Origin: Candidatus Cloacimonadales bacterium | GTDB taxonomy: Bacteria; Cloacimonadota; Cloacimonadia; Cloacimonadales; DAONDQ01 | Direction: 5' to 3' | Assembly (NCBI GenBank): GCA_963662275.1 | Contig: OY759316.1 | Span: forward strand, 1,696,001 to 1,760,000 | DNA: 64,000 nucleotides | Part shown: positions 54,402-64,000 of the stretch, one piece after another | How the letters are laid out: each line of letters begins with the position of its first letter | Position numbering within the stretch: the stretch's first letter is position 1 | Notes under the pieces: model-generated | Database searches by the model: none | Told to the model about the DNA's origin: nothing | What the model saw: the letters and a program-made list of their open reading frames with translations, nothing else | Program-made: the position numbers and the translations under genes

Positions 54402-56513
54402 GTTTGCCCAGAATGTTTTCTGCGCCGATGGACTGGAAGAAGTCCTGACACCTAATCAGCGGGAAGTCAACTCGAGGTCAAGGGCGTTGCCGGCAACGGC
54501 AGGGTCTGAAGTAAGACGCAGAGGGAATATGGAACATAGCGCAAGTGAACTGATGTTGGTTTGTAGAGTGGGTAACCTTTCTAAAAGTGGGAAAGCCCGA
54601 AAGCTGGATAACTCTACAGATTATGACAGATGGCTTCATATTCAGGCAGGAAAACTTAACTGGGGAAGCCTGTTATTGTCTACTTAAGGTAGTAGCTTCG
54701 ATCAAGTTGAAAGATAAGTGAGAAGCCAAGCGATAGCAGGTGGCAGATGATTCCGTAGTAGTGATTAACCTTTTGCCTATGAAAGCTGGTGACAGTCTGG
54801 AGGATAAAACAAAAGGGACAGCATTCACGGTAATGCTGAGGGCTGTATCTCAAAAGGATACAGTTCATGCGAAGGGATGAAGATAATCCAAAGGGATGAT
54901 TTGAAATGTGGAAAGTAATCGATGAAAAGTGAGAAACGAAGGAAGAAGCTGAAATGCTTCGAGGCTCGGTTTGACAGTGGTGACGAACTTCCTTTCAACC
55001 CCGACCGCACGAGACTGATTAGTCAGGCAAAGCTCAAAAGCAGCAGTTCTGTCATATTGCTATATGCTAAAGAAGGCAGGACACCCTGATGAAGAGACAT
55101 TCATCCTCGATGAACACCGCAAAACGAATCACAATGAGACAGGAAATGTCATGAGAAAATACTACAGTTTAATCGACAAAGTGTACTCACTGTCCAACCT
55201 GTATGCTTCCTTCACTTCGGTGAAACAGAATAAAGGTGCATCAGGCATTGATGGGCAGAGTCTAGAAAACTTTGATGAACAACTGGTAGTGAACATCAAC
55301 CAACTTCACGATGAACTAATGGCAGGCACTTATGAGCCTTCACCGGTAAGACGTGTAGAGATACCCAAACCCAATGGCAAAATGAGACCGCTAGGCATTC
55401 CAACGGTAAGAGACAGAGTAGTGCAGCAGGCAATCCTGAATATCATACAACCGATATTTGAGCCTGACTTCCATCCGTCCAGTTATGGCTACAGACCGCA
55501 TCGGTCTTGCCAACATGCCGTAGCGAAAGCTCAGCGTTTTCTTACAGCGTACAATTTGGGTTATGCTGTGGATATGGACTTATCCAAGTGTTTTGACACC
55601 TTAGACCACGAACTGATATTGAGCCGTCTGAACAGGAAAATCAGTGATGGTACATTGCTGAGATTAATCAGCCGTTTTCTCAAATCAGGAGTAATGGTCG
55701 ATGGGGATTTCAAAGCTACTGAGATAGGCAGTCCGCAAGGTGGAGTAATCTCACCCTTATTGATGAATATCTATCTGGATGAGTTTGACCAGAGGATGAA
55801 ACAGCGGAATATCAGGATAGTACGTTATGCTGATGACATCCTGATATTTGCTCCGACCAGGAAAAAGGCAGAGCAATATCAAAAGATAGCGACAGCGATA
55901 CTTGAAGAACTTCGCTTGCAAGTCAATCTGGAAAAGACTCATATCAGCAGTGTCGAAACAGGAATCAGCTATCTGGGATTTTTCATCAAAGGAAGCCGTG
56001 TCTGCATCGACAAGGAGCGTTTGAAACGTTTCAAGGATAAGATACGTAAGCTTACTCCCCGCAACAGTGGCATCCCAATATCCATGACGATAGGAAGCCT
56101 GAATCCTGTACTAAGGGGATGGGGTAACTATTTCAAAGTTGCGAGTTGTAAAAGCATCTTTGCGAGCCTGATGGAATGGATACGAAGGAGGCTTCGAATG
56201 AAGAAGATGCGTGAATGGAAGAGCTGGAAAGCATTCCATAAAGCAATGCGCAGACAAGGCTTCAAGGGAGAATGCCCAAAACTATCTATGACCAGATGGC
56301 GTAACGCTCAGAGCTTCCACTTATGCTTTGCCTTGCCGAACAAGTGGTTTGAAGAAATGAAGTTGTTTGATTTGACATCACTTCAGACAAGTGTTTTATT
56401 TAATTACTACGAGTAATTACAAGGATTATCAGGAGCCGTGTACGAGACCCGTACGCACGGTTCTGTGAGAGGGATGATGCTGGAATTAATTAGCCAGCAT
56501 CACCCTACTCGAT
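54402..56513 (+). mobile_element. Group II intron (class C-like, terminator-targeting)
   Basis: Inferred 5' end GTTTGCCCAGAATG just after the terminator; domain V ggagccgtgtacgagacccgtacgcacggttct (~56432-56464); domain VI ending ctactcgAT at 56513. Confidence 0.85.
55151..56416 (+). CDS. ltrA: Group II intron reverse transcriptase/maturase (no endonuclease domain)
   Basis: GASGIDG, RPLGIPTVRDRVVQ, SYGYRP, DLSKCFD, GSPQGGVISPLL, RYADD, LRGWGNYF. Start placed at ATG 55151; the ORF track starts at 55064. Confidence 0.93.
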   Translation: MRKYYSLIDKVYSLSNLYASFTSVKQNKGASGIDGQSLENFDEQLVVNINQLHDELMAGTYEPSPVRRVEIPKPNGKMRPLGIPTVRDRVVQQAILNIIQPIFEPDFHPSSYGYRPHRSCQHAVAKAQRFLTAYNLGYAVDMDLSKCFDTLDHELILSRLNRKISDGTLLRLISRFLKSGVMVDGDFKATEIGSPQGGVISPLLMNIYLDEFDQRMKQRNIRIVRYADDILIFAPTRKKAEQYQKIATAILEELRLQVNLEKTHISSVETGISYLGFFIKGSRVCIDKERLKRFKDKIRKLTPRNSGIPISMTIGSLNPVLRGWGNYFKVASCKSIFASLMEWIRRRLRMKKMREWKSWKAFHKAMRRQGFKGECPKLSMTRWRNAQSFHLCFALPNKWFEEMKLFDLTSLQTSVLFNYYE

Positions 56514-56543
56514 TTTGGTCATTCAATTTGTTATGGAGGAAAA

Positions 56544-57218
56544 ATGAAATACTTATTGATTATCATTTGTATCTCTTTGTTATTTCTTGTCGGATGCGAT
56601 GAAAGAGAAGGTGAAAAACCTCTTCTGGTGGTAATACCCAATACCCAAGCTCTATATAATATTGCTAACCATGACACGATTTCCATCGTTTGCCAGATGA
56701 CAGGTTCAAACAGTTTGATTGCGAATCAGAAAATTAATGTCATCTATAATTCTGATTTGGGATTATTTGTTGGCTCAGGGGCAGATAATTCGCTAATGAC
56801 CAATAACCAGGGTTATGCACAGGGTTTCTTCAAAGTGGAAGATGGATACTATGGTAATATTGTGATCAAATTCAGTCCTGATCATTTTCCAGCCCAAGCA
56901 AAATCTATCGGTCTTCAAGTGCAGGATATGCCTGTAATTCATTCAATTACAGCAAGTGACAGCACGTTGACAGAGATCAATACAAATTCAACCCTAACCG
57001 TTTCTATTACTAGTCATTCCCTGAATATCAAGGATAAGTGGATTCACTTTACCTCTTCAGTGGGAACATCTATGGAAAATACAATGGTAAAAACAGATTC
57101 TCTTGGAACAGTACATAATGTCTTTCGTCGTAGTAATTTTAGTGGAGATGCTTCAATCTCAGCATATTTGGATATTTATCCGGAAAATATCCATCATTTT
57201 ACGGTACATTGTGAATGA
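56544..57218 (+). CDS. Lipoprotein with Ig-like domains
   Basis: RBS GGAGG; lipobox LVGC; TNNQGYA and TDSLGTV Ig-like turns. Confidence 0.75.
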   Translation: MKYLLIIICISLLFLVGCDEREGEKPLLVVIPNTQALYNIANHDTISIVCQMTGSNSLIANQKINVIYNSDLGLFVGSGADNSLMTNNQGYAQGFFKVEDGYYGNIVIKFSPDHFPAQAKSIGLQVQDMPVIHSITASDSTLTEINTNSTLTVSITSHSLNIKDKWIHFTSSVGTSMENTMVKTDSLGTVHNVFRRSNFSGDASISAYLDIYPENIHHFTVHCE

Positions 57219-57679
57219 GTAAAGTAAAAACAGTACTAAAAATCAATACAGATCATTCTATTAAGGAAGTGTTCAGATTTGAAGTAAAAACTAAGCTTCA
57301 AAGACCATTGATAGGTTCACGTATCCCTGCTGGCTTTCCTTCTCCGGCACAGGATTATGTTGAAGCATGCCTTGATTTGAATGAATATCTAATCAGCCAT
57401 CCGAATTCAACTTTCTTTGTCAGGGTGGATGGTATGTCTATGATTAATGCTGGTATTCATCCTGATGATATCCTTATTGTCGATCGTTCGCTTGAACCTT
57501 CACACAACCGGATTGTTATTGCTGTTGTCGAAGGTGAATTAACGGTAAAACGTCTTGTGATAAGCCATGGTATCTATTTTCTCTGTCCTGAGAATCCTGA
57601 TTTTCCAACGATTGAAATTACGGAAAACAGTGATTTCACGATTTGGGGTGTTGTCACTTACGTAATTCATAAAGTGTAA
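57215..57679 (+). CDS. umuD: DNA polymerase V subunit UmuD (S24 peptidase)
   Basis: [45 protein letters not shown]. Confidence 0.93.
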   Translation: MSKVKTVLKINTDHSIKEVFRFEVKTKLQRPLIGSRIPAGFPSPAQDYVEACLDLNEYLISHPNSTFFVRVDGMSMINAGIHPDDILIVDRSLEPSHNRIVIAVVEGELTVKRLVISHGIYFLCPENPDFPTIEITENSDFTIWGVVTYVIHKV

Positions 57680-57684
57680 ATCCG

Positions 57685-58986
57685 ATGCAAATCACACAGT
57701 CCAAGCTTCGAAAAAGACGTCCAGAAATCTTCATGCTGGTTGATTGCAATACATTCTATGCATCCTGTGAACGTGTTTTCAATCCTGCCCTTGAAGGTAA
57801 GCCAATAGTTGTTTTATCCAATAACGATGGCTGTATCGTGGCACGTACTGCTGAAGTGAAAGCACTCGGTATTCCAAATTTTGCTGCTGCTTTTCAATAT
57901 GAAGACGTTTTCAGAAAGAATGATGTTCACGTATTTTCATCAAATTATACCCTTTATGCTGACCTTTCTCAACGAGTCATGAACACACTTGCTGAATTTG
58001 CTCCTGAAATTGAGATATACTCAATTGATGAAGCCTTTCTTCTTTATACCGGTATGGAAGATAGGGATTTAACGGCATTAGGGGCTGAGATTAAGCAGAA
58101 AGTAAAGCAATACACAGGAATACCGGTTTCAGTTGGTATTGGTCCTACAAAAACATTAGCCAAGATTGCAAATCATATTGCCAAGAGAGTAAAAAAATTC
58201 AATGGGATCTTTAACATCTGCAATCATCCGGAAATTGATAAAGTCCTTGAATATGTGAAAATAGGTGATGTCTGGGGAGTCGGCAGACAATACGAAAGAT
58301 TTCTCCAACAGGCACATATCATGAATTCACGTCAATTACGGGATGCCCCCGATGCCTGGATCGATAAGTACATGACCAGTGTTGGTCATAAAACTGTCCT
58401 TGAGTTAAGAGGCATATCCTGTATTGACTTGGATTCGATGATCCCAGCCAAAAAAGGGATTGTTTGTTCCCGTTCTTTTGGGAAAGATGTGAGTGACTTG
58501 CAAGAATTAGAGCAGGCTGTTTCCAGCTATATGACAAGAGCTGCCGAGAAATTGCGACAACAGCGTACGGTTGCTGCTCATCTAACCGTTTTTATTACAA
58601 CGAATCGTTTCAAGGACTTACCTCAATACAGCAATTCTGCTTCAATGAAATTGATGGCGCCCACTGCTTATACACCATTCATGATTAAACAAGCTCTCAT
58701 TCTTCTGCACTCCATCTTCAGGGAAGGCTTTTCCTATAAAAAAGCAGGGGTTATGGTTACAGATATCTCTTCTTATGAAGATTCACCCCTTACTTTCTTT
58801 GAAGCTGCTTATGTAGATCATGAACAAAAAAGATTAATGGATGCTGTAGATCGGATAAATAACCGCTATGGGAGAGATACATTATTTATAGCTAGTTCTG
58901 GAATCATTAAGAAATGGCATATGAAAAGAATGAAGCTTTCGCCTTCATATACCACCAAATGGGAAGATATACCTAAAGTTAGATGA
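57685..58986 (+). CDS. umuC: DNA polymerase V subunit UmuC (Y family)
   Basis: [51 protein letters not shown]...SPSYTTKW. Confidence 0.94.
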   Translation: MQITQSKLRKRRPEIFMLVDCNTFYASCERVFNPALEGKPIVVLSNNDGCIVARTAEVKALGIPNFAAAFQYEDVFRKNDVHVFSSNYTLYADLSQRVMNTLAEFAPEIEIYSIDEAFLLYTGMEDRDLTALGAEIKQKVKQYTGIPVSVGIGPTKTLAKIANHIAKRVKKFNGIFNICNHPEIDKVLEYVKIGDVWGVGRQYERFLQQAHIMNSRQLRDAPDAWIDKYMTSVGHKTVLELRGISCIDLDSMIPAKKGIVCSRSFGKDVSDLQELEQAVSSYMTRAAEKLRQQRTVAAHLTVFITTNRFKDLPQYSNSASMKLMAPTAYTPFMIKQALILLHSIFREGFSYKKAGVMVTDISSYEDSPLTFFEAAYVDHEQKRLMDAVDRINNRYGRDTLFIASSGIIKKWHMKRMKLSPSYTTKWEDIPKVR

Positions 58987-59288
58987 TAGGTTCTAGGTTC
59001 TAGGTTCTAGGTATTAGGTTATAGGTGATTAGTGTGTAGGTTGAGGTATCATTCTTTCGAATCCGAGGATCAATCTGCTCTGGCTATTCTGCAATTCTTA
59101 ATTCTGCTCTCTAAACCTATTACTTCGTACCTATCACTTTCAGCATAAAAACACAGCGGAGATACCGGGGATGGTATCTCCGCTGCTCGGAGGGCATTCT
59201 ATGTAGGGTCTGTAGGCGAATGACTAATACCAAAATATGAATCAGCATGTCAAGTTTTTTTTATAATTAATTTAATTATTTTTTTACT

Positions 59289-61149
59289 GAGACTGTTCAA
59301 AATTAACCTCCATTTTACGCAGCCTTATTGGTAGTGACAGAGAAAAAGTGGTCTAAGTGCGACCAATCCACATTTTCTTGACATATGCGGGAGATATTTA
59401 AACTTGCTAAAAGTGATTCCTGACGCATGATTGGTTGACCTTTATCGACCAGTTCTTTGAACCAAAGCGAAAACACAAGGTTGCGGGTGGTTTCTTCAGA
59501 TTTTAGTCCAAATCTACCGGATGTCACCTTCTTGATTTTGCGGTTCCAGCGTTCAGAGACATTGGAAGTCAAACCTTTGCTGAGGTGTCTCCAATCACTA
59601 ATGATATTGCTTTTGATGTATTCGGCGGCGGTTGGGGGAGTAATAGCTGTCAGGCTTGCGATACCCTTTTTCCTTCCGCCCGCCGTTTCTCTTCGGAAAG
59701 CTTTCATAATCCTCTTCTTAAAGAACTTGTCCCTGTCTTCAGGGAGATGACATTGACTGATTCTTTTGAAGAGATTTCGTATCTTATGGAACTTACAGAG
59801 TTGGTAATGGACTTTTGGAAACACTGTTTTTCTTGCAACTGCTAACGATTTACTGCCATCACTGACAATCAGGGTTGGATCTTTCCTGTAGAGCTGTCTG
59901 AAGGTTCTGAAACATGCTTCGAATGATTCTTTCTTTGTGTCAGGATACAACTCACAAAACAGAGGGATGTGAGTCACAAAATCAACAATACTGATGACAT
60001 AGTACGGAATACCTTTGATCTTCACATATTTCTCATCAATGCTGATCTTTCCGCTCCACTTACCGATTGAGTTCAGAATCAGGCTCTGCAGGTCAGCGAT
60101 TTCATGCCAGAGATTTGAGACTGTAGCTTTACAGGTGTTGAGCAGCAAAGCTATCGTCTCGAAGTTCATACCGCTTCCAACCAGGTAATGTACCAGCAGA
60201 CACAGGTTCTTGCGTTCCAGACTATGGAACGGCTTTGCATCGGCGGTTCTATGGGATGTATTGCCTTTAGCAGTCTTCATTTGTTCCAGGAGTCTGTCAC
60301 AGATAACAGGTGTATTCTGCTGACCGGCAAGCAGTTTCAGCAGATGTACAGCATCACCGCCTACTGTCTTTTTCAGAAGAAGCTTCTGAGCTTGCTTAAC
60401 TACAGACAGAGAATTGACCTGAGAAGCATATTTGCAGAAAGTGGTATAGGACATTTTAAAATCATGATGGCTGATGAACTCCTGATACATGACATTTAAA
60501 GGTAAAAGCAGGTTATTGATAACAAAATTCTCGATCTGAGGAATACACTCCAGCAGGTCAACTTTCCGGCTTAAATATGCCAGGATATCATGACCATGCT
60601 GCTCAAACTCTTGCCAGAAATTATGTACATTCCTGCGGTCTGCGTAGTTAAACAGATCAGCTATTTGCTGAAGTGTAAGGAGGTTGTCTCCGCCTATTCC
60701 TACTAATAAGCGTAGAAACGCTATTAAGAACTTGTGGTTTGATGTTGTCTCAGGCAAAGTGAATGAAAATGGTACGTTAATACTTACATGGTATTGGTTA
60801 CTTTCATGACTAACACTTACCGCTTCTTGAATTGGAGTGTTTTTTTGTCATAATATCCTCCCTTTTGTTACCAGGTAACAAATGCCATTGAAGCTATAGC
60901 AAAAAACTTGTAAAGAACTATTTTATATGATTTTAACTACACATTTAGTCAGAAACGGCTTCGAAACATTACTTATAATCGCGTGTTTTTCAATTTTAGT
61001 CAAAAAGCTTAACTTGTGATTTGGTGTCCTTAGCAGAGCTTATCTGTCAATTCTGGAAGGTATGTTAAATTATGACCGTTTCGACCACTTTTTTCAACTT
61101 GCTACTTTCTAACTTATTGAATATTATGAATAACTTCATGAACAGTCTC
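59289..61149 (-). mobile_element. DDE insertion sequence, copy 2 (1,861 bp, inverted relative to copy 1)
   Basis: GAGACTGTTCA terminal repeats; 8-bp target duplication TTTTTACT (59281-59288 and 61150-61157). Confidence 0.95.
59315..60757 (-). CDS. DDE transposase, identical to 13940-15382
   Basis: Identical 480-aa translation in the ORF track. Confidence 0.88.
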   Translation of the reverse strand: MPETTSNHKFLIAFLRLLVGIGGDNLLTLQQIADLFNYADRRNVHNFWQEFEQHGHDILAYLSRKVDLLECIPQIENFVINNLLLPLNVMYQEFISHHDFKMSYTTFCKYASQVNSLSVVKQAQKLLLKKTVGGDAVHLLKLLAGQQNTPVICDRLLEQMKTAKGNTSHRTADAKPFHSLERKNLCLLVHYLVGSGMNFETIALLLNTCKATVSNLWHEIADLQSLILNSIGKWSGKISIDEKYVKIKGIPYYVISIVDFVTHIPLFCELYPDTKKESFEACFRTFRQLYRKDPTLIVSDGSKSLAVARKTVFPKVHYQLCKFHKIRNLFKRISQCHLPEDRDKFFKKRIMKAFRRETAGGRKKGIASLTAITPPTAAEYIKSNIISDWRHLSKGLTSNVSERWNRKIKKVTSGRFGLKSEETTRNLVFSLWFKELVDKGQPIMRQESLLASLNISRICQENVDWSHLDHFFSVTTNKAA

Positions 61150-61491
61150 TTTTTACTAGTTTAAGTTAGTTAAAATTCCTGTCGCAAACCTGTAGTATAT
61201 TTCATTTTAGACTGGAAATTTCAAGAGCAATGCCTTATACTTCCTCTACCTATAAAGCATCCTTAGGAAGTGTTTGGATTTTGGATTGAATCTTCAATTG
61301 AAGTGCTTGAGTTTAAATATTTCCAAGAGACATACAAGCCATGTAGGGGATTGCAGAAGTAGCCCATCTTCTTCTGCTCAGTATCTATTTTTCTTCTTTT
61401 GATGTGTAAACGCGTGATTAAGAAGGAACATCAACGGAAGCAAAATCCAGTGTCTTATTCCGCACAGAAGGATCTCATCCTAAATTACTTG

Positions 61492-62784
61492 TTATTGTTG
61501 ATAGAACTCTGTAAATACTGAAGTCATACTGATATGATCTTCCACACCGGCTGTTTCCCTGATGGAGTGCATGGCAAACATAGGATTACCAACATCCACT
61601 GTAGGAATACTCAAAGCAGCAGAAACAGTAGGCCCAATAGTAGTGCCGGCAAGCATATCTGATCTATTAATAAATTTCTGACAGGGAACATTCACTATTT
61701 TGCACAACTGCTCGAAGTAGGCACTGGTTTCAGCAGTTGTTGCATATTTGAAATTTGAGTTCAGTTTAATAACAGGTCCGCCATTCATCAGTGGGGTATA
61801 AGCTTCGTCATGTTTCTCCAAATAATTCGGATGTAATGCATGTGCCATATCTGCAGATATGAAGAAGGATTTAGCTAATGCTATCGAAAAAGATTGATAA
61901 TCATTATCTTGAGAATTGACGATTCTCTCCAGTATATTACCTAAGAATCCTGAAGCTGCTCCCATTAGCGTCATACTGCCAATTTCTTCATTATCATAGA
62001 ACATGGCAACAGAGGTGACTTCCGGTAAGGAAACGTCTGTTATTGCAGTCACGATAGAATGACACATAGCTAAATCATCAAGTCTGCCGCTGATAAGGAA
62101 TTCCTGTTCCTTTCCCAGGTATTGAGCAGGTGATGTATCGTATAGGAATAGATCATATTCGCCAATTTGCTCAGGTCTTACTGATAATTTTTCAGCAAGC
62201 ATACCTACCAACACTTCCTTATCATTCTCTTTGTTAGTAATATGAATAAGTGCAGGTAAATGGTTTTGTTTATTGTATTCAAATCCTTTATTGATATCGC
62301 GGTTCATATGAATGGCAGTATTTGGTATAATTGCCAAAGGTGTCTGAAAATCGACAAGAACAGATTCGAATTGATCATCCTTCCAGATCATAACACGCCC
62401 CGCAATGGAAAGTTCACGATCAATCCACGAACTGATAATAGGATTGCCATAAACTTCTACACCAATACGGACATAGGATTTGATCTTCTTTTCGCTTTTA
62501 GGTTTCAGCTTGAGGGCTGGGCTATCCGTATGAGCACCAATAAGACGGAATCCGGACTCACTGATCTGTTTTGAACCTATAACGAAAGCTATAACAGAAG
62601 ATTGATTCCTGCAAACGTAATATTTTTTAAGTGGCTCCAGATGCCAAACATCCTTTTCAGAAAGCATGCTGAAGCCACAATTATCAAGTCGTTTTAGTAT
62701 CTGTTCAGTAGCTTGATATGAAGTAGGAGAATGATCAAGAAAATTAAAAAGATCATTCATGATGAGCTTGTTAGCTTGCATCAT
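61492..62784 (-). CDS. M18 family aspartyl aminopeptidase
   Basis: GAHTDSP, EVYG, DRELSIAGRV, RLDDL, DNEEIGS, SADMAHALHPNY, TIGP, MHSIRE. Confidence 0.93.
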   Translation of the reverse strand: MMQANKLIMNDLFNFLDHSPTSYQATEQILKRLDNCGFSMLSEKDVWHLEPLKKYYVCRNQSSVIAFVIGSKQISESGFRLIGAHTDSPALKLKPKSEKKIKSYVRIGVEVYGNPIISSWIDRELSIAGRVMIWKDDQFESVLVDFQTPLAIIPNTAIHMNRDINKGFEYNKQNHLPALIHITNKENDKEVLVGMLAEKLSVRPEQIGEYDLFLYDTSPAQYLGKEQEFLISGRLDDLAMCHSIVTAITDVSLPEVTSVAMFYDNEEIGSMTLMGAASGFLGNILERIVNSQDNDYQSFSIALAKSFFISADMAHALHPNYLEKHDEAYTPLMNGGPVIKLNSNFKYATTAETSAYFEQLCKIVNVPCQKFINRSDMLAGTTIGPTVSAALSIPTVDVGNPMFAMHSIRETAGVEDHISMTSVFTEFYQQ

Positions 62785-62789
62785 AACCC

Positions 62790-63998
62790 CTATTTCATAA
62801 GAACCATTTTCCTTGTTGAAGAAGAGAAATTATCGGACTTCAATCGATAGAAATAGATCCCTGAAGCAGCAGGATTTCCCAGGTTATTTTTTCCATCCCA
62901 TCTGATTTCATGTACATTATTACAATTATAAGTCCGTGTCAATTCACCTCTCACATTATAAATTTCAAGAGTCGGATTTGTTGCTGAGACAGGGAACTGA
63001 AATTGAATCAATGTTTCAGGATTAAAAGGATTTGGATAATTCTGAGCCAGGATTGGTTGTGTAATGGTAGAAACAATAGGGTCATTGTTGTCTACGGAAG
63101 TATTGGCAATGATAGTATTTGAGGCAAAACTGGTTCCATTAGTAAAAACAGCTTTTACATAGAACCAATAATTTCGATTAGCAGCCAAATGCATCGTAAA
63201 ATGACGGGCAGTAGATACTCTTCCCCCACTGAACGATGTTCCATTCAGGCTGATATAGATGGCAAAATGATCAAATCCTGGAGCTTCATCATAATTAAAA
63301 GCCCATCTTAAATAGACAGAATCTGCAACAATTTCACGTGTCAGAGTTTGTGGAATTGGAAGACGCTGAAGGCTGATTAATCCCGTTACCGATTCTTGAA
63401 AAGGAATGACATTAACATTAGGAAGTAATACACTGCCATATCCTTCAAGTGAAGCATGCAAATTGTAGTTTCCCTGGTAAATCATATCAAGCATAAAATG
63501 ACCTGTAGGTTCAGGATGTACAGTTTGTCCACCAATGATAATCGAAATGGGTGAAAAATCCTCAATAGGAGGAACAGTAGTGACATCACCAGAAAGAAAT
63601 CCTGCTTCCGGATTTAATACAAAACTGATTGAATCACCTGCTGAACTTACATTATGAATAAAAATATTCCCAGGATTTCCATTCGTAAGAAAGCAGCTTG
63701 GATCACTTGTACCGTTAAATTCAGAACGGTTAAAATCACCGTTAAACACAGCGGAATAAGCATCTCCATTTGCTGTAGATGTGCCACCAGGGCGATATAT
63801 ATAGACTTCATAGGGAGGACCATTGTCATTTCCTTGTCCGCTAACTTGATTGTCAATACGGTAAATTAGAAGACCTGACCCAGGAAGATTGTTCTCAAAA
63901 CTCCCTTCTTGTTTTTTACGATATTCAACGACAAAATAATCAGTTGTTGAAGAGGGACTATTTATTCTATATACATTATGAGTAGGTGACGAAAGAGG
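62790..63998 (-). CDS. C-terminal part of a secreted M6-family metalloprotease-like protein with FlgD/T9SS-type domain (5' end outside the window)
   Basis: The frame stays open to the window edge: YFVVEYRKK...LPGSGLLIYRID...GPPYEVYIYRPGG; ends QNYPNPFNP...SGIYFYRL...RKMVLMK. The catalytic motif is not in the window. Confidence 0.7.
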   Translation of the reverse strand, partial: PLSSPTHNVYRINSPSSTTDYFVVEYRKKQEGSFENNLPGSGLLIYRIDNQVSGQGNDNGPPYEVYIYRPGGTSTANGDAYSAVFNGDFNRSEFNGTSDPSCFLTNGNPGNIFIHNVSSAGDSISFVLNPEAGFLSGDVTTVPPIEDFSPISIIIGGQTVHPEPTGHFMLDMIYQGNYNLHASLEGYGSVLLPNVNVIPFQESVTGLISLQRLPIPQTLTREIVADSVYLRWAFNYDEAPGFDHFAIYISLNGTSFSGGRVSTARHFTMHLAANRNYWFYVKAVFTNGTSFASNTIIANTSVDNNDPIVSTITQPILAQNYPNPFNPETLIQFQFPVSATNPTLEIYNVRGELTRTYNCNNVHEIRWDGKNNLGNPAASGIYFYRLKSDNFSSSTRKMVLMK

Positions 63999-64000
63999 TT

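Noticed and set aside
55064..56416. RT as part of a DGR or retron acting on the FGE fragment
   Set aside because: It has group II intron RT motifs, a maturase domain and flanking domains V/VI; no template repeat was seen.

Overview
Bacterial chromosomal window. FlgD/T9SS-type C-terminal sorting domains, an M6 protease and the general gene content suggest a Cloacimonadota/FCB-type anaerobe (inference). The housekeeping backbone includes an acyl-CoA ligase, typA, mfd, apbE, folE2, an M16 peptidase, dnaX, an ABC export operon, pirin, guaB, xerD, umuDC and an M18 aminopeptidase. It is interrupted by a ~21-kb accessory island (~4.2-25 kb) and several mobile elements: an IS110-family element whose 3' non-coding end folds into a readable two-loop bridge/seek RNA, inserted in a tandem array of its own target site; two 1,861-bp DDE IS copies with 8-bp target duplications; an IS91-type transposase plus tyrosine recombinase element with bulged inverted ends; a RAYT/REP locus; and a class C-like group II intron after a terminator. 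The most unusual signal is in the island. Two adjacent putative DNA-binding protein genes (ORF6N/KilA-N family and RhuM family) each carry a ~27-31-bp DNA palindrome inside their own coding sequence. Variant copies of these palindromes recur in intergenic DNA, upstream of three toxin-antitoxin-like promoters and of the ORF6N gene itself, and in duplicated composite blocks where they still read as variant peptide cassettes. All calls come from reading the sequence; no database searches were run.
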